The notes beneath the pieces were generated by a model. It searched no databases, was not told the origin of the DNA, and worked only from the letters and a program-made list of their open reading frames with translations. Shown here one piece after another: positions 56,451-64,000 of a stretch of DNA of 64,000 nt. Within the stretch, counting starts at the first letter, position 1, and the number at the start of each line of letters is the position of its first letter. The translations under genes were made by a program, and so were the position numbers. The stretch comes from Candidatus Hadarchaeales archaeon (lineage in GTDB: Archaea; Hadarchaeota; Hadarchaeia; Hadarchaeales; Hadarchaeaceae): assembly GCA_038872135.1 (NCBI GenBank), contig JAVZGN010000003.1, positions 1 to 64,000 of the forward strand, in the 5' to 3' direction.

Positions 56451-58142
56451 TTACTTGTGGGCATATATCCCAATTACTTCCGGGGTGATTTTTTCTATCC
56501 TAACAAATCCAAATCTTTCCAGTTGTACAACTGCCCCTGGCTCAAGCCCAGCTATGGCTGGCTCGGCAAGCCCGCGAGAGGAACTCCCATCCGGGAAAAG
56601 CACCTCCATTGGGAGGGCGGCTTTCGACACCCACTGAAACTTCGGCACGTCGATCACACCAAGTCCAAAGAACTCGCCCTCAAGGATTTCGCCCTTTTTT
56701 GTGAGCCTCACATTCATAAGATCCTTCAGCCTGAAGATATCTCCCTCTTTCAGCCCCTTGAGATCGTCCCATGAAACATGAAAGACCATTCTACCATCAT
56801 CGATCTCTAGCGGGATCACCCTCTCCCCCGCCTCCGGATCGCTTGGATGAAGACGTAGCTTCACTTCTTTTATCACTGGAAATCCGGAGACGACGAGCTT
56901 TCTTGGATTAGCAACAAAGAAGTAGCGCCCGGCTTTTTTGTCCAAGATCTTCCTATTGTAGGAGTAGAGGTTCTCCCAGCTTATTGAGGAGTCTACTAGG
57001 GTTATCCCTACATCTAAAATCAGTTGCCTTATGGCCTCTGGGGATATTCCCCTTCTCCTCAACGCCGCAATAGTGGCAAGCCGGATGTCATCGTAGCCGA
57101 AAATTTTCCCCTCTTTTATTTCCCTGACTATTTGGGATTTGCTGAGGGGCGCCCCGGGAACATTGAGCCTCCCATATTGAATTGCAATCGGATATTCCCA
57201 GCCAAAATGTGCGTAGAGAGTGCGTTGTCTTTCCTCATTCACCTCATGCTCTTTCCCGCGCAGGATGTGTGTTATCCCCATTAAATGGTCGTCAATGGAA
57301 ACGGAAAAATTGTAAAGGGGCCACACCAAAAATTTTTTGCCCACCCTTGGATGCGGCGTTTTGACCACCCTTAAAGCTGGCCATTCTCTAACAGCGGGAT
57401 TTGGATGGCTCAAATCTGTTTTGATTCTCACCACAGCCTCCCCCTCGTTGTAGTCCCCGGCGATCATCCTCCTCCACCTTTCAAGGTTTGTTGATGGCGA
57501 AAGATCGCGGCAGGGACATGGTTCTCCCCGATCCCTGTGAAATTTGAAATCTTCAGCGGGGCATGTACAAACATATGCCTTCCCCTCTTTCAGAAGCAGC
57601 TCTGCATGGTCATAGTAAATCTGAATCCTATCCGACTGAACATGCTCCTCATCCCAACTCAGTCCCAGCCACCTCAGATCTCGCTTTATCAGCTCATACA
57701 TCTCCGGAAGAACATTTTCAGGGTTTGTGTCCTCAAATCTCAGGATGAACTTTCCCCCATACTTCCTCGCGTACTCATGGCTCAGGATTGCGGCCCGAGT
57801 GTTCCCGAGATGAATGGGGCCGTTTGGGTTGGGAGCAAATCTCGTCACGACCATCTTGCCCTTTTCTACCCCGGGGAGCTCTGGAAGTCCTCTCATCTTT
57901 TCTTTTTTAATGAGCTCGACCTTTCCGACCTCCTCCATCCTCCTCTCTTGCTCTTCCGGAGGGAGAGAGTTCACCTCATTGACGATTTCGTCGATCATCG
58001 CCTTCAGCTCAGAGATTTTGGCTTTCCAGCTTGGGAATTCAGCGATTATCTTTCCCATAACTGCTCCTACATCTGCCATGCCACCATGAGCAACCGCATT
58101 GGCCAGCGCCCACCTCAGAATCTCCACGCGAATGTCTTCCAT
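56451..58142 (-). CDS. gltX: Glutamate-tRNA ligase
   Basis: RFAPNPNGPIHLG, RFEDT, THILRGKEH, LSKS, QLERFGF. Confidence 0.95.
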   Translation of the reverse strand: MEDIRVEILRWALANAVAHGGMADVGAVMGKIIAEFPSWKAKISELKAMIDEIVNEVNSLPPEEQERRMEEVGKVELIKKEKMRGLPELPGVEKGKMVVTRFAPNPNGPIHLGNTRAAILSHEYARKYGGKFILRFEDTNPENVLPEMYELIKRDLRWLGLSWDEEHVQSDRIQIYYDHAELLLKEGKAYVCTCPAEDFKFHRDRGEPCPCRDLSPSTNLERWRRMIAGDYNEGEAVVRIKTDLSHPNPAVREWPALRVVKTPHPRVGKKFLVWPLYNFSVSIDDHLMGITHILRGKEHEVNEERQRTLYAHFGWEYPIAIQYGRLNVPGAPLSKSQIVREIKEGKIFGYDDIRLATIAALRRRGISPEAIRQLILDVGITLVDSSISWENLYSYNRKILDKKAGRYFFVANPRKLVVSGFPVIKEVKLRLHPSDPEAGERVIPLEIDDGRMVFHVSWDDLKGLKEGDIFRLKDLMNVRLTKKGEILEGEFFGLGVIDVPKFQWVSKAALPMEVLFPDGSSSRGLAEPAIAGLEPGAVVQLERFGFVRIEKITPEVIGIYAHK

Positions 58143-58413
58143 TAACTCCACCCGAGTTCTGAGTTCATTTCCTCCTGGATAAAAAAGTCTTTTTGAAAGG
58201 GTGAGGGATTTCGTGCATGAAGTTGACGCAATTCTTTAAGGCGGAGCCTCGGGTTTTGAGCAATACTTTTGTGACTGCCTTCAACCTGAAACTCAGGGCA
58301 TTAAAGCTGTGAAATGCTTGTTTTTGTCATCTGAGCTTTCGATGCCCTGCGCGCATAAGCGTAAGGTTTTTAAGACATACTATTATACTAATCCAGAATA
58401 TTGGTGATGTGAT

Positions 58414-60054
58414 ATGAGCGCTCAGCTTGGTGGTACTCCAGTCCTGATATTGCCGGAAAATGTACAGAGATACATTGGAAGAGATGCCCAGAGAATGAAC
58501 ATCATGGCAGCGAGGGTCATCGCCGAAGCCATAAGGACTACCCTCGGGCCGCGGGGCATGGACAAAATGCTTGTGGACAACCTTGGCGACATCACGATAA
58601 CGAATGACGGCGTCACGATTCTGGATGAGATGGATGTTGAGCATCCCGCTGCTAAGATGATGGTCGAGATTTCTAAAGCTCAAGAGGATGAGGTCGGCGA
58701 CGGGACAACGACGGCGGTGATAATTGCTGGAGAACTACTGAAAAAGGCCGAAGAACTCTTAGATCAGGACATCCATCCAACAGTTATAACCGCAGGGTAC
58801 AGGAAGGCTGCAGAACACGCTTTTAAGATTTTGGAAAAGATGGCCACAAAGATTTCTCCCACGGATGAAAAACTGCTGAAGCAGATAGCGCTAACGGCGA
58901 TGAGCAGCAAGGGTTCGGAGGCGAGGGGAGAAAAGCTTGCAGAACTTTGCGTGAAAGCCGTGAAGCAAATCGTGGAGGAATCCAACGGCAGATTCGAGGC
59001 CGATGTGGACAACATAAAGATTGAGAAGAAAACCGGAGGTGGCTCAGCAGACTCTCAGCTTGTCCAGGGGATAGTTCTTGACAAGGAAGTCGTCCACCCG
59101 GGAATGCCGAAGCGGGTTGAAAATGCGAAAATAGCTCTCCTGAACCTAGCACTAGAGGTAAAGGAAACCGAAACGGATGCGAAAATCAACATAACTTCCC
59201 CAGACCAGCTGAAGAGCTTCTTGGAAGAGGAGAGGAGGATGCTCCAAGACATGGTTGAAAAGATAAAAGCTGTCGGAGCTAATGTGGTTTTCTGCCAGAA
59301 GGGTGTTGACGATATCGCTCAGTACTATCTCGCAAAGGCAAAAATCCTCACAGCCAGAAGGGTGAAAGAATCAGACATGGATAAGCTCGCAAAAGCAACG
59401 GGAGCAAAAATAGTGACAAATCTCAAGGATCTTGATGAGAAGGATCTCGGAACTGCAGCCCTCGTGGAGGAGAGGAAGATAGCTGGGGAAGAGATGATAT
59501 TTGTTGAGGGCTGCAAGGATCCAAAGGCCGTCAGCATCCTCGTCCGCGGAGGAACCGAGCATGTGGTTGATGAGGTTGAGCGGGCCGTTCACGATAGCAT
59601 CTGCGTCATTTCTGCTGCCATCGAGGACGGAAAAATTGTGGGCGGAGGTGGGGCGCCAGAGATAGAGGTCGCCAAAGGTCTCCGGGAATATGCTGACACG
59701 ATTGGTGGGAGAGAGGCTCTCGCGATCAACGCCTTTGCTGATGCGATAGAATGTGTTCCTAGAACCCTCGCGGAGAATGCAGGTCTGGACCAGATAGACA
59801 TTCTAGTTCAGCTTCGGTCGGCTCATGAAAAATCCGGCGGAGAAAACATAGGAATAGATGTGATAAGCGGGAAAGTATTGAACACTCTTGAAAAAGGGAT
59901 TGTTGAACCGCTGCGGGTCAAAATTCAGGCAATCAAGTCTGCAAGCGAAGTGGCTGAGATGATTTTGAGGATAGATGATGTCATCGCCGCAATAAAGCTC
60001 GAAAAGGAAGAAAAAGAGGAAAAGAAAACACAAAGCCCTGAAATGGAATATTAG
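58414..60054 (+). CDS. ths: Thermosome (group II chaperonin) subunit
   Basis: [31 protein letters not shown]. Confidence 0.97.
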   Translation: MSAQLGGTPVLILPENVQRYIGRDAQRMNIMAARVIAEAIRTTLGPRGMDKMLVDNLGDITITNDGVTILDEMDVEHPAAKMMVEISKAQEDEVGDGTTTAVIIAGELLKKAEELLDQDIHPTVITAGYRKAAEHAFKILEKMATKISPTDEKLLKQIALTAMSSKGSEARGEKLAELCVKAVKQIVEESNGRFEADVDNIKIEKKTGGGSADSQLVQGIVLDKEVVHPGMPKRVENAKIALLNLALEVKETETDAKINITSPDQLKSFLEEERRMLQDMVEKIKAVGANVVFCQKGVDDIAQYYLAKAKILTARRVKESDMDKLAKATGAKIVTNLKDLDEKDLGTAALVEERKIAGEEMIFVEGCKDPKAVSILVRGGTEHVVDEVERAVHDSICVISAAIEDGKIVGGGGAPEIEVAKGLREYADTIGGREALAINAFADAIECVPRTLAENAGLDQIDILVQLRSAHEKSGGENIGIDVISGKVLNTLEKGIVEPLRVKIQAIKSASEVAEMILRIDDVIAAIKLEKEEKEEKKTQSPEMEY

Positions 60055-60091
60055 TTTCTTTGGGGGTCATTGTATATTTCCTCCTAAAAAA

Positions 60092-60286
60092 TTGACAAAA
60101 TATGAAAAGGCTAGAATCATTGGCGCGCGTGCTCTTCAGATATCGATGGGAGCGCCTGTGTTGATAGATCTGCCCGATGGATTGACGGATTCGATAAAGA
60201 TCGCTCTTTATGAGCTGGAGAAAAATGCCATCCCGATTACTGTCGTCAGAAAATTACCTGGCGAGCGTGCGGGAGAAGCTGCTTAG
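60092..60286 (+). CDS. rpoK: RNA polymerase subunit K (Rpo6)
   Basis: [21 protein letters not shown]; start may be the in-frame ATA at 60074. Confidence 0.95.
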   Translation: MTKYEKARIIGARALQISMGAPVLIDLPDGLTDSIKIALYELEKNAIPITVVRKLPGERAGEAA

Positions 60287-60356
60287 TGCTCCCATTTATT
60301 TGCGGGTTAAATCGGTGCATTTAATTTGAGACGCGAGAATAATTTCTTGGTGAACT

Positions 60357-61385
60357 GTGGGAGTCCAGCTGGGAGATATTGTCTCCCGCGAAAAAATTGA
60401 ACTCGAGCAGCTGAGGGGGCAGGTCGTATCAGTAGACGCAATGAATTTTCTATACCAGTTCCTCTCCATCATCAGGCAGAAGGATGGAGAACTTTTGAAG
60501 GACACCAGGGGCAGGATAACCTCCCATCTCTCGGGCCTTTTCTATAGGACTGCAAATTTCATTGAAGCTGGAATTCGCCCGATCTACGTTTTTGACGGGA
60601 CCCCCCCGATGTTTAAGAGAAAGACAATCGAGCAGAGAAAAATGATAAGGGAAGAAGCCGCGAGGGAGTGGAAAAAAGCTCTGGAAGAGGGGAGGATAGA
60701 GGATGCGAGAAAATTCGCGCAGAGGGCGGGAAGAGTAGACGAGGAGATGGTTAACCAATCTAAAGAGCTTCTTTCGCTGATGGGGGTTCCGTGGATTCAG
60801 GCACCCGGAGAAGGGGAAGCCCAGGCCGCCCACCTTGTAAAAAAGGGAGATGCGGGAGGGGTTTCAAGCCAGGATTTCGACAGCCTTCTGTTTGGGGCGC
60901 CGGTTCTCATAAGAAATCTCGCAATAACCGGAAGAAGAAAGCTGCCAAGAAAGGACGCCTACATTGAAATCACCCCGGAAATCATCAGGCTTGAAGATGT
61001 CCTGAAATCTTTGGAGATCACCAGGGAGCAGCTTATCGACATAGGGATTCTCATCGGGACGGATTACAACGAAGGGGTGAAGGGAATTGGACCAAAAAAA
61101 GCTCTCGAACTTGTGAAGAAGGAGGGAAGCCTAGAAAAAATTCTAAAAACAGAGATTGGGGAAAAGTTTGAGGTTGATCCCCTTGAGATAAAATCCCTCT
61201 TCCTCAATCCCCCAGTCACCGAAGAATACAAAATTGAGTGGGGCGAACCCGACCAGGAGGGAATAAAAAGATTCCTTTGCGACGAGCATGATTTTTCAGA
61301 AGAGAGAGTTCAGACGGGGATAGAAAAGCTGATAAAGGGGAGACAAAAACTGCATCAGCAATCGTTGGAAAGGTGGCTAGTCTGA
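60357..61385 (+). CDS. fen: Flap endonuclease 1
   Basis: MGV, YQFLSIIRQ, VFDG, EGEAQ, SQDFD, GTDYN, C-terminal PIP box QQSLERW. Confidence 0.97.
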   Translation: MGVQLGDIVSREKIELEQLRGQVVSVDAMNFLYQFLSIIRQKDGELLKDTRGRITSHLSGLFYRTANFIEAGIRPIYVFDGTPPMFKRKTIEQRKMIREEAAREWKKALEEGRIEDARKFAQRAGRVDEEMVNQSKELLSLMGVPWIQAPGEGEAQAAHLVKKGDAGGVSSQDFDSLLFGAPVLIRNLAITGRRKLPRKDAYIEITPEIIRLEDVLKSLEITREQLIDIGILIGTDYNEGVKGIGPKKALELVKKEGSLEKILKTEIGEKFEVDPLEIKSLFLNPPVTEEYKIEWGEPDQEGIKRFLCDEHDFSEERVQTGIEKLIKGRQKLHQQSLERWLV

Positions 61386-62027
61386 TTCCTTCCACCCGTG
61401 GGCTCCTATCACGGGCACAAATGAGCACCCTCCATGCTCTGTGATTTTTGTTCCAGTTTCGGTCTTTTCCACCACCGCCCAAGTTTGAAAGAGATGATGC
61501 TGGCCTAGGGGGAGGCCAATTTTTCCACCGACCTTTAGTTGGTCTATAAGAGGTGGAGGGATTTTTGGGGAACACGCCGTGACGAGGATTCTGTCCCATG
61601 GAGCCTCTTCTGGATATCCGAGCGTTCCGTCACCGACCACAACCTTCACATGAGAATATCCTGCGTCTCTCAGATTTTTTCGACCAAAAGCCGCGAGTTC
61701 TGGGATTCTCTCTACTGTCACGACTTTTCCACTGTTTCCCACAATTTCTGCCAGAAGCGCGGCGTTGTATCCAGAGCCCGCGCCTATTTCCAGCACCTTC
61801 TGCCCGCTCTTCAAATCCAATGTTTCCAGCATTATCGCGATCATGCTTGGTGCAGAAATGGTCTGCCCAAATCCTATCGGGAGGGGGTGGTCCTCATAGG
61901 CTTGTGAGATATATCTTTCGGGGAGAAATTTTTCCCGTGGGACTGTTAGAAAAGCCCGAATGATCTCCGGGGTTCTGAGGTAGCCCCATTGAACTAGGCT
62001 CCTCACGAGCATTTCTCTGTCCATCAC
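61377..62027 (-). CDS. pcm: Protein-L-isoaspartate O-methyltransferase
   Basis: VPREKF, GQTISAP, LEIGAGSGY, APWDRI, FVP. Confidence 0.94.
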   Translation of the reverse strand: MMDREMLVRSLVQWGYLRTPEIIRAFLTVPREKFLPERYISQAYEDHPLPIGFGQTISAPSMIAIMLETLDLKSGQKVLEIGAGSGYNAALLAEIVGNSGKVVTVERIPELAAFGRKNLRDAGYSHVKVVVGDGTLGYPEEAPWDRILVTACSPKIPPPLIDQLKVGGKIGLPLGQHHLFQTWAVVEKTETGTKITEHGGCSFVPVIGAHGWKESD

Positions 62028-62061
62028 AATAATTTTGAGTCGTCCAAATGTAAATAATTTG

Positions 62062-62475
62062 ATGAAGTGGAAAATAGAGGCGAGAGGTCATCCAAGGATC
62101 ACGGCAACTCATCCCACCACATTTATGTTTACTAAGGAAAAAGAGATTTTTGGAAGGGGGAATTGTATAGTTGGTGTTGAGGCTAGTGCCTCGGCGGCGG
62201 AACTGCCAAAAAAACTCAAGCAGTTGCTCCAGCAGGGTAGAAAAATAAACATCATTTTATCTACAGGAAGCTTCTCGGAAAAAGTTGTTGCAGAGGGCGC
62301 AACGACTCTCACTTTCACAAACACCCTAGACGTTGTGGTCAGGAAAAGCGATTATGTGTGCGGTCGGACTGTTGCTATTAAGGCAAATAAAGCGGCGGCA
62401 GATTTTTCCAGAGATTTTGTCGAATATTTGCGAAATCCATCAGTGCGGGTGAGAATGGAAATAGAGGCGATTTAG
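62062..62475 (+). CDS. DUF371 family protein
   Basis: ARGHPRITATHPTTF, CIVGV, VRKS, ANKAAAD. Confidence 0.85.
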   Translation: MKWKIEARGHPRITATHPTTFMFTKEKEIFGRGNCIVGVEASASAAELPKKLKQLLQQGRKINIILSTGSFSEKVVAEGATTLTFTNTLDVVVRKSDYVCGRTVAIKANKAAADFSRDFVEYLRNPSVRVRMEIEAI

Positions 62476-62477
62476 CT

Positions 62478-62927
62478 TCACCATCTTGAGATAAGCAGAA
62501 TGCACGAGATGAAAAATAGAGTGGTTTCGAGCGCAAATATTTTCCTGTTGGTCACATATGTCCAAAAATCATAGGTGAAAATCCCTGGCCCATAAAACTT
62601 CCTGCTAATGGGGTAGAAGAGCATCCTCCCTTTTTCATCCAGAGCGTCCAGAAATATGTGCGTAAAGCCGCCAATCATGAATGAAACAGCAGCCATCGCC
62701 CCAAAGACCGGAAAGATCGCCAGGCCAGTAACGAGGAAGAAAAACAGTGTGTGAAGGATTGTGGCTGCATGAGTTTCCTCAATGGGATTTTCCGGTGGAA
62801 CCTTCCTCAGCAGGATCGGGAGGGCATCGAGGCTGGAAATGTTTGCCCCAATCAAAAGCGCTAGGAGATTGAATTGTGGAAATATCCCGTAGATTATGAG
62901 TGGTACCGTCACATGAGCCAAAATCAT
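62478..62927 (-). CDS. Membrane metal-dependent hydrolase (YdjM-like)
   Basis: AH, D, HTL, THIFLD, LFYP; hydrophobic. Confidence 0.7.
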   Translation of the reverse strand: MILAHVTVPLIIYGIFPQFNLLALLIGANISSLDALPILLRKVPPENPIEETHAATILHTLFFFLVTGLAIFPVFGAMAAVSFMIGGFTHIFLDALDEKGRMLFYPISRKFYGPGIFTYDFWTYVTNRKIFALETTLFFISCILLISRW

Positions 62928-63118
62928 TCTTTCATCTCCCTCCTCAGCTTCGCCAGAACCAGCCACAGATAGGGGAGAAATGGCCCGATTAATAAAAGGG
63001 TGTATATCCCGAGTTCCTTAATCACCAATACTAGGAGAACAAGTCCCATCGTCACCCATGCTGCAATGTAGTGACGGTTCTTCTTTCCCCATTTCTTTAC
63101 ATCTACCCGAACTGTCAT
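62924..63118 (-). CDS. Small two-TM membrane protein
   Basis: 64 aa with two hydrophobic helices; ATGA overlap with the downstream gene. Confidence 0.55.
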   Translation of the reverse strand: MTVRVDVKKWGKKNRHYIAAWVTMGLVLLVLVIKELGIYTLLLIGPFLPYLWLVLAKLRREMKE

Positions 63119-63232
63119 CCGTGAAATCTTTACAGCCCATGTTTAAAGGGTATGTTAATCTTCTTACGCGAATGTTGGGATGAAGGATATAGAAGGATTT
63201 TTATCTCCCAGATGAGGGTTATTATGGAGATT

Positions 63233-63496
63233 ATGGAAGCGCAACCTGAGAAGAAGCTTGTGGGAAAGGTGACACACTACTTCACGAAAATAGGTGTTGG
63301 GGTGATAGAGCTTTCAGACAAACTGAAAATTGGAGACAGGATTTCGATAGAGGGCAGGACAAGCAATTTCCAGCAGACGGTTGAGTCGATGCAGATAGAG
63401 CATAAGAATGTTCAAGAGGCTGGCCCCGGACAAGCGATTGGACTGAAGCTCATCAACAGAGCTAGAGAAGGAGACTTGGTCTTCAAGATTGGCTGA
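63233..63496 (+). CDS. Small beta-barrel protein (elongation factor domain II-like / U32 C-terminal-like)
   Basis: VGKVTHYFTKIGVGVIEL..FQQTVESMQIEH..IGLK..REGD. Confidence 0.8.
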   Translation: MEAQPEKKLVGKVTHYFTKIGVGVIELSDKLKIGDRISIEGRTSNFQQTVESMQIEHKNVQEAGPGQAIGLKLINRAREGDLVFKIG

Positions 63497-64000
63497 GCTC
63501 CCCAAAAAGCTTCTCGTGAATCCGCTCGGCGAGTTCGGAGAAAGCTCTTGCCGCAGATGATTTTGGAGCATACTTGACCACGGGAGTTCCCGCCGTCAAA
63601 CTTTCTCTGACTTTATCGTCTTCTGGAACTGTTGAAAGAATCGGCCAGCCGAGAGATTTCTTCACCTCGGAAATCGGTACCTCGTACTTCTTCCCGCTCA
63701 CCTTGTTTAGAACTGCCCCGAGAACCGGCACTCTATATCTCTCAGCCGCCCGAAAAGCGCGGAGGGTGCTGGCAATAGTCGGGATTTCTGGATTAGTCAC
63801 GATAAGCATCATGTTGCTGGCCTTTATGGCGGAAATTGCTTCCGTCCCAAGGCCCGGGGCCGAATCTATGATGATCAGCCGATATTTGGATCTCAGGGGC
63901 TCTATGCTTTCCTTGAAATCTATCAGCGGGATATCCCCCTCATATCCAAGTGAGCCGGGTATCACATGGATTTTTTCAACAACATGGATTGCCTTTTCAA
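63483..64000 (-). CDS. minD: MinD/ParA-family ATPase, C-terminal part (runs off window end)
   Basis: IIIDSAPGL, IVTNPE, VLNK, VPED..V, P.S.AA.AF. Confidence 0.8.
   Translation of the reverse strand, partial: EKAIHVVEKIHVIPGSLGYEGDIPLIDFKESIEPLRSKYRLIIIDSAPGLGTEAISAIKASNMMLIVTNPEIPTIASTLRAFRAAERYRVPVLGAVLNKVSGKKYEVPISEVKKSLGWPILSTVPEDDKVRESLTAGTPVVKYAPKSSAARAFSELAERIHEKLFGELSQS

Noticed and set aside
1-64000. CRISPR array, rRNA genes, inteins, integrase
   Set aside because: No regularly spaced repeats or rRNA signatures were seen. NrdD, Cdc6, RfcS and IleS have normal lengths, and no tyrosine-recombinase ORF is present apart from TopIB.

Overview
A 64-kb, roughly 50% GC, densely coding archaeal chromosome segment. 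Thermococcus-like EF-1alpha and eL41, a methanogen-type homocysteine pathway and topoisomerase IB point to an uncultured anaerobic euryarchaeal-type lineage such as Hadarchaeia; this placement is inference only. Most genes are housekeeping: nrdDG, argF, rps17e, thiDN, cdc6, eIF5A, queC, pantothenate synthesis, thrC, rfcS, ileS, gltX, thermosome, rpoK and fen1, plus Mo/W oxidoreductases. There are four tRNA genes. Two have accessory DNA at their 3' ends: a MNT-HEPN module with a nonsense-mutated toxin next to tRNA-Pro, and a low-GC defence islet next to tRNA-Leu carrying a GmrSD-like nuclease, an IS6 relic, an orphan ORF and a DNA methyltransferase. The most unusual signals are: (1) a ~280-nt GC-rich, multi-helix and probably pseudoknotted intergenic RNA at 2645-2927 lacking RNase P and SRP signatures; (2) a tRNA-Asn gene with two BHB introns, one at the atypical 8/9 position and one carrying box C/D motifs plus a segment complementary to the tRNA's own T-arm; (3) a class III RNR with an N-terminal Zn ribbon in place of the ATP cone; (4) a stand-alone CARF-like protein coupled to threonine synthase; (5) a divergent EF-1alpha outside the str operon; (6) two ubiquitin-like proteins with capped diglycine motifs; (7) small genes missed by the ORF track, namely a face-to-face-type histone, eL41, a ferredoxin and an RHH protein. 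No CRISPR array or rRNA was seen. All assignments come from reading motifs by eye; no database searches were run.
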